DNA of 38,955 nucleotides from a bacterium (GTDB lineage: Bacteria > Sumerlaeota > Sumerlaeia > MVZB01): assembly GCA_023480605.1 (NCBI GenBank), contig JAMCWS010000349.1, forward strand, positions 6,132-45,086, in the 5' to 3' direction. How positions within the stretch are numbered: the stretch's first letter is position 1; each line of letters opens with the position of its first letter. Positions 27,501 through 32,861 of the stretch are shown piece by piece. Under the pieces are notes generated by a model. The model was not told the origin of the DNA, searched no databases, and saw nothing but the letters and a program-made list of their open reading frames with translations. Both the position numbers and the translations under genes were made by a program.

Positions 27501-27602
27501 CGTCGCCCCGGCGTCGTCTTCGCCCGCGCCGCGGCCATCGGCGAGATCGACCCCCTCGCCGATCTCGACAGCCGGCTGCTGGTAGGCTTGCCGGCGAAAT
27601 AA
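24510..27602 (+). CDS. Miniature single-chain RNA polymerase-like protein: fused RpoB(beta)-like and RpoC(beta')-like catalytic cores, 1,030 aa
   Basis: The ORF is intact. ATG 24510 sits in an ATGA overlap with the sigma stop, with gaaggggga upstream. Beta and beta' signature motifs occur in the canonical order (see the motif features and findings). TAA at 27600-27602. Confidence 0.9.
   Translation: [1030 protein letters not shown]
25107..25133 (+). other. RpoB-type ETPEGPNIG motif inside the mini-RNAP
   Basis: Translates exactly to ETPEGPNIG, in the context [26 protein letters not shown] (compare bacterial RpoB HP.[18 protein letters not shown].SL). Confidence 0.9.
25242..25265 (+). other. 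RpoB-type (V)EHDDANR motif inside the mini-RNAP
   Basis: Context [28 protein letters not shown] (compare RpoB ..[24 protein letters not shown]). Confidence 0.9.
25485..25520 (+). other. RpoB double-psi beta-barrel motif GDKxxxRHGxKG inside the mini-RNAP
   Basis: [12 protein letters not shown] is followed by [37 protein letters not shown] (compare RpoB GDKMAGRHGNKGVISK...[22 protein letters not shown]). Confidence 0.9.
26232..26366 (+). other. Beta' clamp-helix (coiled-coil)-like segment, the canonical primary sigma region-2 docking site
   Basis: [45 protein letters not shown] aligns by eye to E. coli beta' ..[46 protein letters not shown]. Similarity is weaker than for the catalytic motifs. 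Confidence 0.55.
26706..26726 (+). other. RpoC catalytic Mg-binding motif NADFDGD inside the mini-RNAP
   Basis: aat gcc gac ttt gac ggc gac, in the context [28 protein letters not shown] (compare RpoC [28 protein letters not shown]). Confidence 0.95.
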
Positions 27603-27719
27603 CGCGCAACCGGCCGCTTGATTTCCGGTTTAAAAGTCGCCTCCATCTTTACTTATAATCATAGGCGATGACGATGCTGAACGCGTCACGCCGCTATCCA
27701 TCGCTGAAAGGAGGGCCCA

Positions 27720-27785
27720 ATGATGGTCAACGTAACGATTGACATTGCCCAATTCCGGAGTGAAGCCAGGTGGAGCCGGGCCTAG
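27720..27785 (+). CDS. Candidate 21-aa small ORF (MMVNVTIDIAQFRSEARWSRA) downstream of the mini-RNAP
   Basis: A near-consensus SD (AAAGGAGGG) lies 5 nt upstream of ATGATG; TAG at 27783-27785. There is no other support. Confidence 0.2.
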   Translation: MMVNVTIDIAQFRSEARWSRA

Positions 27786-28097
27786 GGCGGTCGCTTCAGC
27801 AAAAGACCTGTCGCAAGCCAAAGCCGGACGGTGGCGCGCCGCGCCATTTGTTTGTGGCGGCTTGCGAAGCGCGAGCTTTGTCCGACCGCGGCATTCCCCA
27901 TGCCGTGGCGGTCAATGCTGTCTTTTCTGATCCCGCCTTTTGTCCGCTCCCGCTGTCTTTTCACAGCATCGCCTGAGCTTCGCTCTATGGGAAACGGCCC
28001 GGCCGGGGTGCGCATGGGGGAAGCCTTGTCTTCCGCCGTCGCGCCCCGGCCGGTTTGCCTGCTCAGTTGCTTTTGAAAAGACAGGAATACCCGATCG

Positions 28098-28724
28098 ATG
28101 ACGCCTGACCAGAACGGATGGGAGTTGGACGACTTTTTGCCCGCATATACGGACTTGGCCGAGCGATTCAGCCATGACGAAAACGTGCGCGCCCTCCTGA
28201 ACGAGGTGGCGCTCGAGTTGCTCGCCGCGCTGGCGCGCAACGGAAACGAGCCGGGCAGACGACAAACGCGCCGTTATTATCTCTGGCTGCTTGCCTGCAA
28301 AGGATTCACTTTTCGTGGCGCCTACTGGCGCGATGTGGATCTCGGGCAGCACCAGTGTGGCGGCAAGCGTGTGATCTGTCTGCCGTTGGATGATTTCGTG
28401 CCGCACGCCGAAGAAGACTTCAGCTTCGATCCGCGCGGACCCATCATCCACGGCATCCTCCTGCGCCAAGCCTTCGGAATCCTCAACGAACACGAGCAGG
28501 ATCTCCTGACCAGCCGCATCATCGAAGGCCAGACGCTTCAGTAAATCGCCGACCGGCTCAACATCACCCCGCAAGGCGTCAAGAAACGCCTCGATCGACT
28601 CTATGCGCGGATGCGGCGTTACCTGAAGCCGTCAGGTTCGCAATTGAAAAACTACTCCCACTCTCATGTGATAAAAACGAGAAATGGAGAACGCGCCTGT
28701 GAAAAGCACGGTGAATCTACTTGA
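28098..28724 (+). pseudogene. Divergent sigma-70/ECF-like factor interrupted by an in-frame TAA (28542-28544) inside the region-4 helix-turn-helix
   Basis: ..LNEHEQDLLTSRIIEGQTLQ[TAA]IADRLNITPQGVKKRLDRLYARMRRYL.. reads as a complete sigma region 4 only when the TAA is read through in the same frame. The next stop is TGA 28722-28724. Confidence 0.6.
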
Positions 28725-29442
28725 GATCTATTGGAAAACAAGCAGTATTCGCCCGTCACGAACACGCTCTCAGCATTTCGCCTGTTCGAGATCGGGAATT
28801 ATCTGGAACTGAAGACGGGCCAGACGGTGATCGATTGTGGATGCGGCCACGGCTAAGCGTTTTGCCTCTGGGCGTAGTACTTCGGTACGTCGGGAGTTGG
28901 CGTTGATCACTCGGCGGGCGCAATCGCCAATGCCACCGCACTGGCCGAACGTGACGGCCTGAGCGACAAGTTGCAATTCGTGCACGCAAACGTGCGAGAG
29001 TACGAGATGGGGAAGAGCCGCTATAGTGTGGCGTCCTGCCTGGGTGCGACAATGTGCTTCGGAGGTCTCGAGCCGACCCTGCGTGAGTTGAAGAAGATAA
29101 TCACGCCCGGCGGCCAGATCGTCATCGGCGAGGCCATATACACAACCCACAAGGTCCCGGATGAGCTAAGGGATTATGAAGGCAATTGCCCCGACCGAGA
29201 TGAAGCTCTGCAACATGGTCAGAGCCGCGGGTTGTGAAGTGGGGTATTACTCTCGATCGTCGCGGGACGAATGGGAACGATACATATTCAACAGCAACCA
29301 GACCAGAAAAGAATTTTTGAATATGCCATACGGCCCGGAGCGTGAAGAGAAAAGACTGAAGGAGCAACGGTGGCAGAACATGTATCTGAGCTATCGACAG
29401 GATTGGCAGGCAATGGCCTTCATGACAATTCATCCGACGTAA
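28685..29442 (+). pseudogene. Class I SAM-dependent methyltransferase, disrupted by in-frame TAA (28854-28856), in-frame TAG (28875-28877) and at least one frameshift near 29165-29180
   Basis: ..LELKTGQTVIDCGCGHG[TAA]AFCLWA[TAG]YFGTSGVGVDHSAGAIANATALAERDGLSDKLQFVHANV..ITPGGQIVIGEAIY.. continues in another frame as ..APTEMKLCNMVRAAGCEVGYYSRSSRDEWERY..YRQDWQAMAFMTIHPT. The 5' end is uncertain; ATG 28685 is in yet another frame. Confidence 0.65.
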
Positions 29443-29685
29443 TTCATGAGGGAATGAGTGTCTGTCCCCGAAATCCCCGAAATCCCCGGTCGACTCCGCT
29501 TCGATCCGCCAGCCGTCCAGGCGTTCGAAATCCACCAGGGGCGGGTGGTCGTCGGCCTTCCGCCCTGCCCAGTCCAGTTCGTAGGGCCTCGCGCTGGCGA
29601 CCGTCGGCCTCTGACCGAAACCCGGCGCCGGCCACGTCAGGCCCAGGATCCCGGCCGCCGCGAGACACAATATACGTTGCATCAT
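29122..29685 (-). pseudogene. 5' fragment of a secreted-protein gene (signal peptide plus about 40 aa); the rest of the ORF runs antisense through the methyltransferase remnant
   Basis: A strong SD (GGGGGAGGAG) lies 5 nt upstream of ATGATG at 29685. MMQRILCLAAAGILGLTWPAPGFG is signal-like. ..RPYELDWAGRKADDHPPLVDFERLDGWRIEA looks like the start of a larger exported protein. After about 29490 the reading frame is the complement of another gene. Confidence 0.45.
29466..29488. repeat. 9-bp tandem repeat, ccccgaaat x2.5
   Basis: Read directly: ccccgaaat ccccgaaat ccccg. It sits 24 nt after the methyltransferase stop, at the point where the opposite-strand secreted-protein ORF loses recognisable sequence. 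Confidence 0.9.
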
Positions 29686-29747
29686 TGCGCTCCTCCCCCG
29701 CTTGGCCTTCGAGTTCCGAGCGGCGTTGCGCGCCCGGCCATCGCGAG

Positions 29748-30215
29748 TCATCGGGCGTGCCTGATCAACCAGACTTCGGCGACCCCGCAGTGGGCTTCGC
29801 CCTCGGCGGCGCGCCACTCCAGCACCAGTCGGCCCCCGGCCGTGACCTCGCGCGGAATCGCTGATTCTTGAATCGGAAGATTGAGCGATTGGATGCGGTC
29901 GCTCACCAAAAACCGATCATTGGCGACCAGGCGCATTCGGCCGGGCCTACCGGCGGCGATCTCGGCCGTATACGCCGCCCGAACCGAATAGGCCGCGTGG
30001 GGATCGAGGTTGCCGTAAGCGATGCGCAGCGGGCTAATTCCAGTTCGCTTCGCGATCTCTTCGAGCAGGACCGTCGCCGCTTTCTCATCGACGCGCCCGG
30101 GTTGCGCCGGCGTGACGAGAACCGGAGCGGAAAAGTCGAGCAGGCGCGGAACGGCGCTCTCGGCCGCCTCGGGTCGCCCACCCGCGCCTCGCCGCTTCCC
30201 CCCATGCCGTGACAC
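29748..30215 (-). CDS. Hypothetical protein (155 aa, GTG start in the track); possibly an N-terminal-domain fragment of a glycosidase-like protein
   Basis: GC3 is high on this strand. ..VLVTPAQPGRVDEKAATVLLEEIAKRTGI.. resembles N-terminal segments of some large carbohydrate-active proteins. No clear RBS or start. Confidence 0.35.
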   Translation of the reverse strand: MSRHGGKRRGAGGRPEAAESAVPRLLDFSAPVLVTPAQPGRVDEKAATVLLEEIAKRTGISPLRIAYGNLDPHAAYSVRAAYTAEIAAGRPGRMRLVANDRFLVSDRIQSLNLPIQESAIPREVTAGGRLVLEWRAAEGEAHCGVAEVWLIRHAR

Positions 30216-30349
30216 ATCTTGAAAAGCAGCCGTTCGCGCCAGGGCGCCAAGCCACCTGGAGCCGGAAACAGGATGGCTGCGTCAATTAAGCCCGGCGATG
30301 GCACATTCGGCGGCGAAGGGCCAATAATCCATCAGTCGTGCAGGAGCGC

Positions 30350-32368
30350 TCATTCGTAATCCAGCCATTCGCGCGAAGCGCTCTGCGTCGTCAGGTAGAC
30401 GGGCGTATTGAGAACGAGCGAGACGACCCGGCGGCGGACGACGTTCGGGCCGGCCGTATAGCCGAACGTGTAAGTGATCGAGCCATCGGGGACGAGGGTC
30501 GCGTAGATCGCCCCGGCGGGCAGCACGGCGAGTGGTGAAATACCGCCGTCGCCGCCGAATTCAACGCGGCGCGTGAACCCGCCAAGCTGGAGAGGCTGCG
30601 CGTAATCGCGATCGCCGACGCCAAGGGTCGGCAAGGCCAGGTCGCCGCCCGATATGTTGATGTAAAATAACACGCTGAAACCCGGGTAAGTATCGGACAA
30701 TCCCGCCGGGCCGACGCTGCGGCGCACCAGCGCGACCGTTGCCCCGCTTGGGGCGGTGCTGGTGATGGCGGCGAACTCGGGCGAGGCCGCCGTGTAACCA
30801 TCGAGCAGACCGAAGGCCTCCGGTCCGCCCGCGAGTGCCACGATGTAGGGCGTTTCTCCGCCGTCGGCCAGGAAGGGATTGCGAATGCGGCTGCCATAGA
30901 CTGGGGTCATCGTCACGCCGGTCGTTGAGCCGTCATATGACTGGACGGTGCTTGAGCCGAAAAGAAACCGGCCGATGCCGCCATTCGGCGTCCCGCCAGA
31001 GACGTCGATCCCGCAGCCGGCGCTGGTGATCGTGGTGGCGGCCAGTTTGATGGCGCCCCCGCCGCCGCCCCCGCCGCCGCCGCCACCACCGCCTTTGCCG
31101 CCCGCCGCGCCGTCGCCGCCATTGCCGCCGGCCCCGCCGTGACCGCCGGACCCGCTGGAGCCGTCTCCGGGTTTGCCGGAGGCGCCGACGGTGCCTGGCG
31201 CCCCCGCGATTCCCATAGAGCCGTCTTTGCCCGGCTCGCCCGATTCTCCGGCGTCGCCCCTGGCAAGAAGGTGCGCCGCCACGGTCATGCGGCCGCAAAC
31301 GATAATTTCAAGCGCCCCGCCACCGGCGCCGCCGGCGCCGGCGATCCCGCCGATGCCGCCGTCGCCTCCCAGATCGCCGTTGCCGCCGTCACCCCCGGCG
31401 CCCCCGGCGCCCCCGGCGCCCGTAAAGCCACTGCCGCCCCCGCCGCCACCCCCGCCGCCGCCGGCGCCGTTGCCGCCATAACCCCCGCCACCCCCGCCGC
31501 CGCCGCCCGAACCGCCGCTGCCGCCGCCACCGCCGGAGATCGTATCGCCGGTGCCGGTGTTGATGCCCGGAGTACCCTGCTGACCATTTGTCCCGCCTTT
31601 GCCGGGCGAGCCGTTCTGACCATCACCCCCTTTGCCGCCGCTGCCGCCATTGGTTCCGGCGAAGAAGACATACGCGCCGCCGCCGCCGCCACTGCCGCCC
31701 TGGCCATGTACGCCGGAGTCTCCCGCCGCGCCGCCGGCGGGTCGACTCACGAGGGACGAACCGCCACTCCCGGGGGAATTGACGCCGTCCTGTCCCGGAT
31801 CACCGAGGAAACCATCGACGCCATCACCGGCCGCGATTTGCGCCTCTGCCGTCGCCAACGCGCCTATCTGGCCGGATGTGCCGTTGGCGGCGGTAACGCC
31901 GTGGCCACCGGCGCCCCCGATTGAGATGTCTACGGTGTAAATATAGCCGCCGAATCCTATTGAGCCGTACTGGCCATGGATTCCCCCGGCGCCGCCGCCG
32001 GGACCGGGAATGGGCCCGTTGGCCGAAGCGTCGAAAACGACGCCGGCCGGGATGGTGGCTTGGCCCCCGACAAAGAGCGACACGGGACGCGAACCCATGA
32101 GCGTTACGGTGTCGGTGGCCGCCAGCGATAAGTCTCCGGCGATGTAAAAGCGGGCGATATTGTCTTCGACGCGCGCCTTGAACGGCACGCCGTTGAACGT
32201 CGCCGGATTGCTGTCGGTATCGCCCGTAATCGTCAGGTCGGTTGAGTTGATGACGATATCGGCGCCCGCGACTCGGGAAGGCGCACCGAACCCGGCGATG
32301 GTTGCGAGGGCGACCAAACCCCAGCGCAGCGGGATCGTGCATTGGACAAGGTTGGTTCTGTTGATCAT
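30350..32368 (-). CDS. Secreted glycine-rich repeat protein with collagen-like (G-X-Y) and PGRS-like (GGxGG) tracts
   Basis: 672 aa with GGGGGAA 8 nt upstream of the ATG and the signal-like string LRWGLVALATIAGFGAPSRVAG. The central roughly 315 aa are dominated by Gly, e.g. GEPGKDGSMGIAGAPGTVGASGKPGDG and GGAGGAGGDGGNGDLGGDGGIGG. The N- and C-terminal domains are non-repetitive. Confidence 0.75.
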   Translation of the reverse strand: MINRTNLVQCTIPLRWGLVALATIAGFGAPSRVAGADIVINSTDLTITGDTDSNPATFNGVPFKARVEDNIARFYIAGDLSLAATDTVTLMGSRPVSLFVGGQATIPAGVVFDASANGPIPGPGGGAGGIHGQYGSIGFGGYIYTVDISIGGAGGHGVTAANGTSGQIGALATAEAQIAAGDGVDGFLGDPGQDGVNSPGSGGSSLVSRPAGGAAGDSGVHGQGGSGGGGGAYVFFAGTNGGSGGKGGDGQNGSPGKGGTNGQQGTPGINTGTGDTISGGGGGSGGSGGGGGGGGGYGGNGAGGGGGGGGGGSGFTGAGGAGGAGGDGGNGDLGGDGGIGGIAGAGGAGGGALEIIVCGRMTVAAHLLARGDAGESGEPGKDGSMGIAGAPGTVGASGKPGDGSSGSGGHGGAGGNGGDGAAGGKGGGGGGGGGGGGGAIKLAATTITSAGCGIDVSGGTPNGGIGRFLFGSSTVQSYDGSTTGVTMTPVYGSRIRNPFLADGGETPYIVALAGGPEAFGLLDGYTAASPEFAAITSTAPSGATVALVRRSVGPAGLSDTYPGFSVLFYINISGGDLALPTLGVGDRDYAQPLQLGGFTRRVEFGGDGGISPLAVLPAGAIYATLVPDGSITYTFGYTAGPNVVRRRVVSLVLNTPVYLTTQSASREWLDYE
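31058..32008 (-). repeat. Low-complexity GGN-codon repeat region encoding the Gly-rich core
   Basis: Long runs of gcc/gcc/ccc on the + strand, e.g. 31040-31140 and 31300-31530. The + strand mirror frames give poly-Pro and poly-Ala ORFs. Confidence 0.85.
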
Positions 32369-32861
32369 CGATCGGTTCCCCCAATCGTGGTGTGTTGGCG
32401 CAAGTCATTTTCGGTAAGGCTTGAACGCCACAACGCAATTCGTGCACGGGAGACGACAATCCCGCGCGTCTCGCGTGAACTCTCATCCGAAATACCCATT
32501 ACCCCCGCTTCGTTGGGACAAGACGGCGAAAATGCGTTTTCAGACTCGTATTACCTGGGCAACTTAATAAACCATATTTTGATGTTATCATGAGATTCGG
32601 GTAAGTCACGACGAAAATGCAGGTGTCCACCGGCCGCGACGCGGGCATGGAGCCGCGGTTCGCCTTCTACCCGCAAGGCGCTGTCGATCTCCCGGGATTG
32701 TGGATCTGGCGCACCGGCGACAGGCTGCCGCCGCAGATGATCGCGAACGCGACCCAGCTTTTGATGCCTCGCATCGCGTCTTCCTCCATCTCGTGCCAAA
32801 TGACGACTCGGCGGCGCCCTGCCGGCGAATAATCCGAACCAAGGATGCGGTTCGATCTATT

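Noticed and set aside
24510-27602. The possibility that this is just the housekeeping rpoB/rpoC region or a fragment of it.
   Set aside because: Both halves sit in one intact frame at about 38% of the normal combined length. The internal deletions fall at domain boundaries rather than as random truncation. The context lacks the usual rplKAJL-rpoBC neighbours, and an ECF sigma overlaps the start.
27608-27630. A weak hairpin (aaccgg N11 ccggtt) right after the RNAP stop, as a possible terminator.
   Set aside because: The stem is only 6 bp, the loop is 11 nt, and there is no T-tract.
28542-28877. Stop-codon reassignment or programmed read-through as the explanation for the three in-frame TAA/TAG codons.
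   Set aside because: TGA, TAA and TAG all serve as ordinary terminators of well-supported neighbouring genes, e.g. TGA at 196, TAA at 1633 and TAG at 5027. The methyltransferase also has a frameshift. Simple pseudogenisation or sequencing error is more economical. It is kept as a testable note in the findings.
30948-31940. Poly-proline and poly-alanine ORFs on the + strand, e.g. ..PPPPPPPPPPPPPLPPAAPSPPLPPAPP.
   Set aside because: They are the reverse-complement reading of the GGN-codon repeat of the glycine-rich gene. The minus-strand ORF has an SD, a signal peptide and structured terminal domains.
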